This document shows, piece after piece, positions 1 to 8,792 of a stretch of 64,000 nucleotides of DNA (within the stretch, counting starts at the first letter, position 1; each line of letters begins with the position of its first letter). The position numbers were made by a program, and so were the translations under genes. The DNA comes from an uncultured bacterium (lineage in GTDB: Bacteria; Bacteroidota; Bacteroidia; NS11-12g; UBA9320): positions 116,546 to 180,545 of the forward strand of contig CAXDRX010000001.1 of NCBI GenBank assembly GCA_963991985.1, read 5' to 3'. The notes beneath the pieces were generated by a model that did not search any database, was not told where the DNA came from, and saw only the letters and a program-made list of their open reading frames with translations.

Positions 1-1
1 T

Positions 2-691
2 GGTCATCACATTCACACCATATTTTTTGTAAATTTTGGCCATCATTTTAGAAACTTCTTCATCTTCGTTGGGGAGCAGTCGATCCAAATATTCGACAAT
101 GGTTACTTCAGTTCCCATTTTTTGGTAGAAATAGGCAAATTCCATCCCGATAGCTCCAGAACCCACGATCACCAGTTTCTCCGGTTGCTTGGGCAAGACC
201 ATGGCTTCATGATAACCGACAATTTTTTCACCATCTATCTTCATAAAGGGCAATTCTCTTTCTCTGGCACCGGTTGCCAAAATGATGTGCTTGGCTTCTA
301 CTATTGAAACTTTTCCGTCTTTTTCAACTTCAACTTTTCCTTTCTCCTTAATTTTACCGCGACCTGCAATGATTTCAATTTTGTTTTTCTTCATCAGAAA
401 TTGAACTCCTTTGCTCATTCCACCTGCCACATCCCTACTCCGCTTGATCACGGCAGCAAAATCATGGCTTGCATTACCAACCTTTATGCCATAATCTTCC
501 GCATGATTGATATAATCATATACCTGAGCAGATTTTAATAATGCTTTTGTAGGAATACATCCCCAATTTAAACACACCCCGCCCAATTCTGCTTTTTCTA
601 CAATGGCAACTTTCATTCCCAATTGAGATGCCCTGATGGCCGCAACATAACCTCCTGGACCGCTTCCGATAATTACGATGTCAAAACTCAT
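2..691 (-). CDS. lpdA: Dihydrolipoyl dehydrogenase, N-terminal part (runs off the left edge)
   Basis: Not in the ORF track. Manual translation from ATG 691 gives MSFDIVIIGSGPGGYVAAIRASQLG...GGVCLNWGCIPTKALL (FAD motif and redox CxxxxC) and VIVGSGAIGMEFA; the frame stays open to the edge. Confidence 0.95.
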   Translation of the reverse strand, partial: MSFDIVIIGSGPGGYVAAIRASQLGMKVAIVEKAELGGVCLNWGCIPTKALLKSAQVYDYINHAEDYGIKVGNASHDFAAVIKRSRDVAGGMSKGVQFLMKKNKIEIIAGRGKIKEKGKVEVEKDGKVSIVEAKHIILATGARERELPFMKIDGEKIVGYHEAMVLPKQPEKLVIVGSGAIGMEFAYFYQKMGTEVTIVEYLDRLLPNEDEEVSKMMAKIYKKYGVNVMT

Positions 692-702
692 TATTTTCAC
701 TG

Positions 703-710
703 CAAATCTA
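703..710 (-). promoter_or_regulatory. Bacteroidota -7 promoter element TAGATTTG upstream of lpdA
   Basis: Exact TAnnTTTG match 11 nt upstream of ATG 691. Confidence 0.65.
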
Positions 711-790
711 AGGCTTTCCAAAATTCAATCCCACAAATACTTCCATTCATGAAATTAAATTAGATTTTTGCACCAAACGCAAGGCAATTT

Positions 791-2059
791 ATGCTTGAAT
801 TAGGCAAACTCAGATCATCTCACCAAGATTTTGTTCAAAGACTTTCTAAACGAGGAGTTGACTTCTCTGTTTCCATTTCCAAAGTATTGGAACTTGATTC
901 GCAACGAAGAAAAATTCAAGTTGAATTGGACAATTTGAGAGCGAAAAACAACAAAATTTCTCAAGAAACAGGTAGATTGTTCAAAGAAGGAAATGAGGAA
1001 GAAGCAATAGCATTGAGGAAAATAAGTTCCACCACTAAAGGAGAAATAAAATCTTGGGAAGACCAACAGAAAAAAAATGAGCAGGAGCTACAAGAAGCAT
1101 TGTATTTGCTACCCAATATACCGGCACAAAGTGTGCCACTAGGACAATCGGATAGCGACAATCAAATAGTACTCGAAAATGGATCCAAACCAAATTTCAC
1201 ATTCAAGCCCCAAAATCACTGGGAATTGGCTAAAAAGTATGATCTAATCGATTTTGAATTGGGTGTTAAAATCACAGGGGCAGGCTTCCCGGTTTACAAA
1301 GGAAAAGGTGCCCAGCTTCAAAGGGCGTTGATCAACTTTTTTTTAAGTGAGGCTGACAATCATGGATACCTTGAAATTCAACCCCCAATTCTAATCAATA
1401 AAGCCAGTGGTTTGGGAACAGGCCAATTGCCTGACAAAGACGGGCAAATGTATTTTGCCAATGAAGACAATTTATACCTTATTCCTACTGCGGAAGTACC
1501 CATAACCAATATCTACAGAAATACCATTGTTCAGTTGAATGAATTGCCCATAAAGCATTCAGGCTATACGCCTTGTTTTCGAAGAGAAGCAGGCAGCTAC
1601 GGTAAGGATGTTCGCGGTTTAAATCGGCTCCATCAATTTGACAAAGTTGAAATAGTACAAGTAGTACACCCGGAGGAAAGTTACAATATTCTAGAAGAAA
1701 TGAGTTCCTATGTCCAAAGTCTTCTAAAAAAATTAGAGTTGCCGTATCGTGTTCTGAATTTATGTGGTGGAGACCTTGGGTTTACATCTGCAAAAACTTA
1801 CGATATGGAGGTTTGGAGCGGAGCACAAAAAAAATGGCTGGAAGTGAGTAGCGTAAGTAATTTTGAAACTTTTCAATCCAACCGACTTAAATTACGAATC
1901 GAGGAAAACGGCAATAAAATATTGGCCCACACGCTGAATGGAAGTGCTTTGGCACTGCCACGAATCGTTGCAGCTCTGCTAGAAAATAACCAAAAAGAAA
2001 AAGGCATAGACCTTCCTGAGGTTCTTCATCCCTTCCTAAATTTTACAGAAATTTTGTAA
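791..2059 (+). CDS. serS: Serine--tRNA ligase
   Basis: N-terminal coiled-coil arm; LIPTAEVP, CFRREAGSYG, GLNRLHQFDKVE, HTLNGSALALPR. Confidence 0.97.
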   Translation: MLELGKLRSSHQDFVQRLSKRGVDFSVSISKVLELDSQRRKIQVELDNLRAKNNKISQETGRLFKEGNEEEAIALRKISSTTKGEIKSWEDQQKKNEQELQEALYLLPNIPAQSVPLGQSDSDNQIVLENGSKPNFTFKPQNHWELAKKYDLIDFELGVKITGAGFPVYKGKGAQLQRALINFFLSEADNHGYLEIQPPILINKASGLGTGQLPDKDGQMYFANEDNLYLIPTAEVPITNIYRNTIVQLNELPIKHSGYTPCFRREAGSYGKDVRGLNRLHQFDKVEIVQVVHPEESYNILEEMSSYVQSLLKKLELPYRVLNLCGGDLGFTSAKTYDMEVWSGAQKKWLEVSSVSNFETFQSNRLKLRIEENGNKILAHTLNGSALALPRIVAALLENNQKEKGIDLPEVLHPFLNFTEIL

Positions 2060-2064
2060 AAAAC

Positions 2065-2072
2065 TATTTTCG
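2065..2072 (+). promoter_or_regulatory. -7 element variant TATTTTCG
   Basis: TAnnTTCG variant 4 nt upstream of ATG 2077. Confidence 0.5.
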
Positions 2073-2076
2073 CCAA

Positions 2077-2922
2077 ATGAGATTGGCCAGCATCCATACA
2101 GGATATTTCAAACTTGACGGTGGCGCTATGTTTGGTACCGTTCCAAAAGTTATTTGGAATAAATTAAACCCCGCTGACGAAAAAAATCTGTGCGCTTGGG
2201 CGATGCGTTGTTTGTTTGTTGAAGAGGGCAATAGGCGAATATTGATTGACACGGGGATCGGAAACAAACAAAGTCAAAAATTTTACAGCCATTATCATTT
2301 GCATGGGGACCAATCATTGCAAAGCAGTTTACATTCTGAAGGAATAAGCTTTGAAGACATTACGGATATTATTTTCACTCATTTACATTTTGATCACTGT
2401 GGTGGTGCTTTAAAATGGAATTCAGGAAAAACGCTTCTCGAACCTGTTTTTCCGAATGCTCGATATTGGGTACATAAAGAACACTGGTTGCACGCCATCA
2501 ACCCAAACCCCAGAGAGAAAGCCTCATTTTTAGATGAGAATATTCATCCCTTGAAAGCAAGTGGTCAATTGAATTTTATTACGGATGACTTAAATTTTTC
2601 GGAAAACATATCTTTTCTTGTTGCTGACGGACATACGGAAAAAATGATATTACCTAAAATAAATTATCAAAACAAAACCCTCTTATTTTGCGCGGATCTA
2701 ATACCCTCTTCCGCACATGTCCCTGTAAACTATGTAATGGGATACGATATAAGACCACTGAAGAGGATGGAAGAATGTAATTTATTTTTGGAACAAGCCA
2801 TCAAAGAAGATTGGGTGCTTTTTTTCGAACATGACCCGATTCATGAATGCGGAAAAGCAAAATCAACTGAAAAAGGACCAAGATTGGACCAAACTTTTCC
2901 TTTGTCCGATTTTATCGCTTAG
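2077..2922 (+). CDS. MBL-fold metallo-hydrolase (YtnP-like)
   Basis: THLHFDHCGG (HxHxDH), LDGGAMFG, GHTE, D-ligand in FCADL, FFEHDP. Confidence 0.9.
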   Translation: MRLASIHTGYFKLDGGAMFGTVPKVIWNKLNPADEKNLCAWAMRCLFVEEGNRRILIDTGIGNKQSQKFYSHYHLHGDQSLQSSLHSEGISFEDITDIIFTHLHFDHCGGALKWNSGKTLLEPVFPNARYWVHKEHWLHAINPNPREKASFLDENIHPLKASGQLNFITDDLNFSENISFLVADGHTEKMILPKINYQNKTLLFCADLIPSSAHVPVNYVMGYDIRPLKRMEECNLFLEQAIKEDWVLFFEHDPIHECGKAKSTEKGPRLDQTFPLSDFIA

Positions 2923-3664
2923 GCAAGATTAAATAGCTTAAGCCAGAACTTAGCAAATTACTTCTTTCACCATCGATATCCGCAGAATTGGCATAAGAAA
3001 AATCTAGTTGCATATTTTCGTTTACAAGGTAGGTAAAACCAGAGTGGAGGAAACGTTTTTGATATTGATTAAAATCCAGTTCTCCTTTAAACTCAATAAA
3101 AAAAGACCATTTATCATTAATTGCATCTACAAAAGAAATGGTTGCAAAAGCAATATCTTCCATTGAATTTCTAGCCTGGTATACCAGATTATAACCCACA
3201 GACCAATGTTTTCCTATGACACTACTTCCCAAGAGACCAATCAAGTAATTGTTGTAATAATAAGATCTACTGAAATCATCCGTTGGCAGCACCCAATGGC
3301 CCATCAATCCAAATTGTGTGACATCTCCTTTTTCTTTGAAAGCATATTTAAAACCAATTTCAAAATTATTCAAACCAGAACGTCGCAAATTGGGAGTGTT
3401 ATTTGACCGTAAGACACTATTATTGATAAACATTCTCAATTCCAATTTATCATTTATTCCCGACCTAAGCAATACATTTGGCATACTCCAATCTAAGGGT
3501 GAGAAGCTATTGTTTTGAGATACGCGCGCAATGCCCGATTCCAGCTGGTAAGATCCTCGAGGAACCACCATGGCAGACTCCGTAAAATCTGGTCGATCTG
3601 TAATGATTTGGGCAGAAACAAAAATCGGAGCTAAAAGAATTACGATATTTAATATTCTTCTCAT
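2912..3664 (-). CDS. Putative outer-membrane beta-barrel 'transporter' (MetA-pathway-of-phenol-degradation-like family)
   Basis: Signal peptide followed by ITDRPDFTES, alternating beta-strand pattern, C-terminal GLSY strand. Confidence 0.7.
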   Translation of the reverse strand: MRRILNIVILLAPIFVSAQIITDRPDFTESAMVVPRGSYQLESGIARVSQNNSFSPLDWSMPNVLLRSGINDKLELRMFINNSVLRSNNTPNLRRSGLNNFEIGFKYAFKEKGDVTQFGLMGHWVLPTDDFSRSYYYNNYLIGLLGSSVIGKHWSVGYNLVYQARNSMEDIAFATISFVDAINDKWSFFIEFKGELDFNQYQKRFLHSGFTYLVNENMQLDFSYANSADIDGERSNLLSSGLSYLILPKR

Positions 3665-3729
3665 CTTCGTTGATTAATTGCCTCAAACTAACAATAATAT
3701 TTACTTAGAATCTATTTAATTTGCTTCTT

Positions 3730-5988
3730 ATGCCATCCTTCCAAAAAGAAGCCTTGGATTACCATGCCAAGAGCAAACCAGGAAAAATTGAGGTGATACC
3801 TACAAAACCGACACAGACTCAAAAAGATTTGTCCCTCGCATATTCTCCGGGTGTTGCTGAGCCTTGTTTGGAAATTGAAAAAAATCCTGAGGATGTTTAC
3901 CAATATACAAGCAAGGGAAACCTGGTGGGTGTCATCTCAAATGGAACAGCTGTCCTTGGCCTTGGAGACCTCGGACCGGAAGCATCTAAGCCAGTAATGG
4001 AAGGTAAAGGGGTGCTGTTTAAAGTTTTTGCAGATATCGATGTTTTTGATATCGAAGTTGACAAGAAAGATATAGATGGTTTTGTTGAAACAGTCAAAGC
4101 CATTTCTCCCACTTTTGGTGGAATTAATTTAGAAGATATTGGTGCGCCTGAAAGCTTTGAAATTGAAAGACGACTCAAAGAAGAGACCGACATCCCGATT
4201 ATGCATGACGATCAACACGGAACGGCAATCATCACAGGCGCAGGTCTTTTGAATGCACTAAAATTGGTTGATAAAAAAATAGGAAATGTTAAGGTGATTG
4301 TAAATGGGGCAGGCGCTTCGGCCATGGCTTCTGCAAAGCTTTTTTTGTCATTGGGAGTAAAAAAACAAAATTTATGGATGCTCGATCGCACTGGTTTGAT
4401 CACAAAAAGCAGAAAGGATTTAGACCAATACAAATCATTTTTTGCAGTTGACGAAAAAGATCAGACTTTGGAAGATGCACTTTTTGAGGCGGACGTATTC
4501 GTTGGTCTTTCCGTCGGAAATATTCTTGCGGCTGAATGGCTCCATAAGATGAATAAAGATCCTATTGTATTTGCCCTTGCCAATCCTGATCCCGAAATAG
4601 ATTATCAAAAAGCGATTAGCACGCGTGAGGATATCATAATGGCTACAGGACGCTCCGACCATCCCAATCAGGTAAATAATGTGCTGGGTTTCCCATTTAT
4701 CTTTCGTGGAGCACTCGATGTTCGAGCCAAAGGGATAAACGAGGAAATGAAGATAGCTGCCGTGCATGCACTGGCAGAATTGACCCACGAGCCGGTTCCC
4801 GAAATTGTAACGCAAGCCTATGGTTTGCAACAACTAACTTTTGGAAAAGATTATTTGATTCCAAAACCAATTGATCCAAGACTAATTACTGCCGTTGCTC
4901 CAGCAGTTGCACAAGCGGCTATGGAGAGCGGGATAGCAAGATTAGAGATAACAGACTGGGGAAAATACAAAACAGATTTACGCAAGCGAATGGGGTTGGA
5001 CAATAAATTCATTCAAAAGATCAGTACTATCGCCAAAAAACATCCAAAAAGAATTGCTTTCTGTGAAGGTGACCACCCAAGTATTTTGCAAGCTGCCGCC
5101 GAAATGATGTCCCAAGGGAGTGTGGAACCAATCCTATTGGGTAAGAAACAGAAAATAGAATCCTTAATAGATGAACTGAATCTTGAGATGCCCTATGTGC
5201 CTATCATAGATCCATTGAAAGAATTTGAACGAAGAAAGAAATATGCAGAATTGCTTTACCAAAAAAGAAAAAGAAAAGGAATCACTCGGGATGATGCCGT
5301 CAAACTAATGCGTCATAGAAATTACTTCGCAAATGCTATGATGGCCAACGAAGAAGTGGATGTAGTAATATCAGGGCTTACCAAAAACTACCCAAGTGCG
5401 GTGAGTCCAGCCCTGCAACTAACAGGACTTGAGGAAGGTTTGGAAAGAGTGGCAGGGATGTATGCCATGGTCAGCAAAAGAGGACCTCTCTTTTTTGCGG
5501 ATACGACCATAAACATCAATCCGTCATGGCAAGACTTGGTCAACATAGCCTTGTTGACCCACAAAACCGTCAAAAGATTAGGTTACCAACCAATTATTGC
5601 GATTGTTAGCTATACCAATTTTGGTTCTGCCAAAGGAGAAACGCCTGAAAAAGTTCAAAAAGCCATTGCCTATTTGCATAAAAATCATCCTGAGCTTACA
5701 ATCGATGGAGATTTACAAGCCAATATTGCGCTTGACCAAGGTCTTAGAGATGACATTTTTCCTTTTAATAAACTCTGTGGCAAAGAGGTAAACACACTCA
5801 TATTTCCTAATCTGGCAGCAGGAAACATCGCGTACAAATTGGTTTCTAGTACGGGACCAACGGAGGCCTTGGGACCAATTCTTATGGGATTTAAAAAATC
5901 CGTGCATGTTTTACAACTGGGCAGTTCCGTTAGGGAAATCATTAATATGGTAAACTTGGCGATTGTAGATGCTCATAACAAAGCTTAA
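3730..5988 (+). CDS. maeB: NADP-dependent malic enzyme with C-terminal PTA-like domain
   Basis: ALDYH, LSLAYSPGVA, ISNGTAVLGLG, MHDDQHGTA, ATGRSDHPNQVNNVL, C-terminal FPNLAAGNIAYKL. Start moved from TTG 3721 to ATG 3730. Confidence 0.95.
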   Translation: MPSFQKEALDYHAKSKPGKIEVIPTKPTQTQKDLSLAYSPGVAEPCLEIEKNPEDVYQYTSKGNLVGVISNGTAVLGLGDLGPEASKPVMEGKGVLFKVFADIDVFDIEVDKKDIDGFVETVKAISPTFGGINLEDIGAPESFEIERRLKEETDIPIMHDDQHGTAIITGAGLLNALKLVDKKIGNVKVIVNGAGASAMASAKLFLSLGVKKQNLWMLDRTGLITKSRKDLDQYKSFFAVDEKDQTLEDALFEADVFVGLSVGNILAAEWLHKMNKDPIVFALANPDPEIDYQKAISTREDIIMATGRSDHPNQVNNVLGFPFIFRGALDVRAKGINEEMKIAAVHALAELTHEPVPEIVTQAYGLQQLTFGKDYLIPKPIDPRLITAVAPAVAQAAMESGIARLEITDWGKYKTDLRKRMGLDNKFIQKISTIAKKHPKRIAFCEGDHPSILQAAAEMMSQGSVEPILLGKKQKIESLIDELNLEMPYVPIIDPLKEFERRKKYAELLYQKRKRKGITRDDAVKLMRHRNYFANAMMANEEVDVVISGLTKNYPSAVSPALQLTGLEEGLERVAGMYAMVSKRGPLFFADTTININPSWQDLVNIALLTHKTVKRLGYQPIIAIVSYTNFGSAKGETPEKVQKAIAYLHKNHPELTIDGDLQANIALDQGLRDDIFPFNKLCGKEVNTLIFPNLAAGNIAYKLVSSTGPTEALGPILMGFKKSVHVLQLGSSVREIINMVNLAIVDAHNKA

Positions 5989-6003
5989 TACAAAACTAAA
6001 CTT

Positions 6004-6441
6004 ATGGAGATTGATTTTTTTGCATCCCGGTGGGGCTCATCAAGCCAATTAGAATCTATAAGACTGCGCGAAAATGTGCTGAGAAGACCTTTAGGTTTAG
6101 CTTTTTCAACTGAAGAGCTAATGGAGGAACGTGACCAACACCATTTGATTGCGCAAATAAAAAAACATGTCGTTGGCATCTTGATCCTATCTCCACTAAA
6201 TCGGAATGAAATAAAGATGAGGCAAGTAGCCATTCATCCAAGTTATCAAAACAAAGGAATTGGCAGCCAATTGGTTCTTTTTGCTGAAGAATATGCAATG
6301 AATTTATGCTTTCCAAAAATCACTTTACATGCTCGTAAAACAGCATTCAATTTTTATCAAAAATTAAAATATCAGACAAACAAAAAACCTTTTTTGGAGG
6401 TTGGAATTCCTCACTATTTGATGTGGAAAATTTTAATTTGA
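6004..6441 (+). CDS. GNAT family N-acetyltransferase (ElaA/YjcF-like)
   Basis: MRQVAIHPSYQNKGIGSQL acetyl-CoA motif, NFYQKL, FLEVGIPHYLM. Confidence 0.88.
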   Translation: MEIDFFASRWGSSSQLESIRLRENVLRRPLGLAFSTEELMEERDQHHLIAQIKKHVVGILILSPLNRNEIKMRQVAIHPSYQNKGIGSQLVLFAEEYAMNLCFPKITLHARKTAFNFYQKLKYQTNKKPFLEVGIPHYLMWKILI

Positions 6442-6541
6442 CGTATAAAACATAATTTAATATTACTTCATAATATATTCATTTTCAATAAATTATACCT
6501 AAAAAAATATCCAAGCTAAATTAGACTATATACATTATAAC

Positions 6542-6549
6542 TATTTTTG
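6542..6549 (+). promoter_or_regulatory. -7 promoter element TATTTTTG
   Basis: Exact TAnnTTTG 4 nt upstream of ATG 6554, at the end of a very AT-rich spacer. Confidence 0.65.
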
Positions 6550-6553
6550 AGCT

Positions 6554-7321
6554 ATGCCCGATTTACAACTACACAGGCCTTTAATAATATTCGATTTGGA
6601 AACCACCGGACTCAACATTCAAAAAGACCGGATTGTCGAAATTTGCTGCATAAAAGTAGAAGTTAATGGAGAGGAATCCATTATGCATGAAATCGTCAAT
6701 CCTGGCATCCCCATTCCAGAAGAAGTAAGCAGAATTCACGGCATCTCCGACGAACACGTAAAAGAAAAGCCTAGTTTTCAAAAATTAGCCCCGTCACTAA
6801 ACCAATTTATTGGCAATTCTGATTTCGCTGGTTTCAATAGCAATAAATTTGACTTCCCCATTTTGGTAGAAGAATTTTATAGATCGGGGATAGATTTTGA
6901 AACAGAAAACAGAAAATTTCTTGATGCGCAAAGAATTTATCATTTGAAAGAGCCGCGAAACCTAAGCGCTGCATATTCTTTTTATTGTGAAAAAAAATTG
7001 GAAAATGCCCACAGTGCAAAAGCGGATACCTTGGCCACGTGGGAAGTAATTAAAGCTCAAATGAAAAAATACAAAGACCTACCCAATACCATCGAAAAGA
7101 TTCATGAATTAACAGGGCAAAATCGTATGGTAGATTTGGCAGGGAGGATTCAAAAAAATTCTAAAAATGAAATCATTTTTGGTTTTGGGAAATATAAAGA
7201 CAAGATCGTCCATGAAATTTTTACCAAAGATCCAGAATATTATAATTGGATGATGCGAAGCGATTTTCCGGAAAATACTAAGCGAGTCATTACGCGAATA
7301 AAATTAGAAAAAATTCATTAA
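6554..7321 (+). CDS. DEDDh 3'-5' exonuclease (DNA polymerase III epsilon-like)
   Basis: FDLETTG, FNSNKFD, AHSAKADT; C-terminal FGKYK...DPEYYNWM module. Confidence 0.9.
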   Translation: MPDLQLHRPLIIFDLETTGLNIQKDRIVEICCIKVEVNGEESIMHEIVNPGIPIPEEVSRIHGISDEHVKEKPSFQKLAPSLNQFIGNSDFAGFNSNKFDFPILVEEFYRSGIDFETENRKFLDAQRIYHLKEPRNLSAAYSFYCEKKLENAHSAKADTLATWEVIKAQMKKYKDLPNTIEKIHELTGQNRMVDLAGRIQKNSKNEIIFGFGKYKDKIVHEIFTKDPEYYNWMMRSDFPENTKRVITRIKLEKIH

Positions 7322-7331
7322 TCATATTCCA

Positions 7332-8783
7332 ATGAAAATAATTGATAGGCAACCTTTTCAAATTCAAGACTTGGACCTTTGGCTTAAAGACAAAATTGGT
7401 TTGGCCGAGGAACAAAAACAAAAAATCATAGAAAACCACAATTTTTTATTAACCAAAGTAAAAGAAAACAAACCGATTTATGGTGTTAATACAGGATTTG
7501 GTGCTTTGTGCGATACTTTGATTTCCACCGAAGACTTAAGTAAGCTTCAAGAAAAACTGATTCAATCCCACGCGGTGGGTGTTGGAGCTGTACTGCCCAA
7601 GAAAATAAGCAAGACAATGTTGCTTTTTAAAATAATAGGGCTGGCAAAAGGTTATTCTGGTGTAAGCATTCAACTAATTGAAAAACTCATACACCTATAC
7701 AATACAGACCTTATACCTATAGTATATGAACAGGGATCTCTTGGCGCTTCGGGTGACTTGGCGCCCTTAGCTCACCTTGCATTGCCCATCATTGGGGAAG
7801 GGAAATTATGGTATGGAGAAGACATCAAAGAGGCCAAAGACTTAGCATTTGAATCTTTAAAATTACATCCGAAAGAAGGTTTAGCGCTAATCAATGGTAC
7901 TCAATTTATGTCCGCACATGGGGCAATTGTTATTCACAAAGCCAATCAACTTTTTCAAAAAGCATTGACCATCGCTTGTCTTTCTTTGGAAGCATTCCAA
8001 GCCAGCCAGACACCGTTTTATGCTGTCAATCACCAGATAAGGCCACACAATGGACAAAAATATGTTGCCAATAAAATTTTGGAATTGTTATCAGATTCTA
8101 AACTTTTTAAATCTGAAAAAAACACGGTTCAAGACCCATACAGTTTTCGTTGTATTCCTCAAGTACTGGGTGCGTCATGGGATGCGATTCAACACGTCGA
8201 AAGTATTTTCTCGATAGAAATTAATTCGGTAACAGACAATCCCAACATATTTGAAAAGGAAAATGCTATCTATTCTGCAGGCAATTTTCATGGCCAACCG
8301 CTTTCCATTTCTTTGGACTACCTGGCCATTGCACTTGCAGAAATTGGAAGCATTTCGGAACGAAGAAGCTATAAATTACTGAATGGCCTGCGCAATTTGC
8401 CGCCCTTTCTGATACCCAAGCCTGGTTTGGACAGTGGTTATATGATTTTACAATATACTGCCGCTAGTTTGGTGAGCCAAAATAAACAATTGTGCACCCC
8501 CTCAAGTGTTGACACAATCGATAGTTCCAACGGGCAAGAAGACCATGTGAGCATGGGAGCAAATGCGGCAACTAAGGTTCTTAGAGTTTTGAAAAACTTA
8601 GAACATATTCTATCCATAGAATATCTGTTGGCTTGCCAAGCCATTGACTTTAGGGAAACCAAAAACATGGGTACTGCAACAGAACATTTGTATCAACAAC
8701 TCAGGGCCAAAATCCCTTTTGCCGAGGAAGATCGACTATTTGAGAAGGACATGATTTATGCCCACGGCATTGTGACCCATTAA
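7332..8783 (+). CDS. hutH: Histidine ammonia-lyase
   Basis: YGVNTGFG, GSLGASGDLAPL (MIO-forming ASG), QDPYSFRC, GQEDHVSMG. Confidence 0.95.
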   Translation: MKIIDRQPFQIQDLDLWLKDKIGLAEEQKQKIIENHNFLLTKVKENKPIYGVNTGFGALCDTLISTEDLSKLQEKLIQSHAVGVGAVLPKKISKTMLLFKIIGLAKGYSGVSIQLIEKLIHLYNTDLIPIVYEQGSLGASGDLAPLAHLALPIIGEGKLWYGEDIKEAKDLAFESLKLHPKEGLALINGTQFMSAHGAIVIHKANQLFQKALTIACLSLEAFQASQTPFYAVNHQIRPHNGQKYVANKILELLSDSKLFKSEKNTVQDPYSFRCIPQVLGASWDAIQHVESIFSIEINSVTDNPNIFEKENAIYSAGNFHGQPLSISLDYLAIALAEIGSISERRSYKLLNGLRNLPPFLIPKPGLDSGYMILQYTAASLVSQNKQLCTPSSVDTIDSSNGQEDHVSMGANAATKVLRVLKNLEHILSIEYLLACQAIDFRETKNMGTATEHLYQQLRAKIPFAEEDRLFEKDMIYAHGIVTH

Positions 8784-8792
8784 AACTGAATA

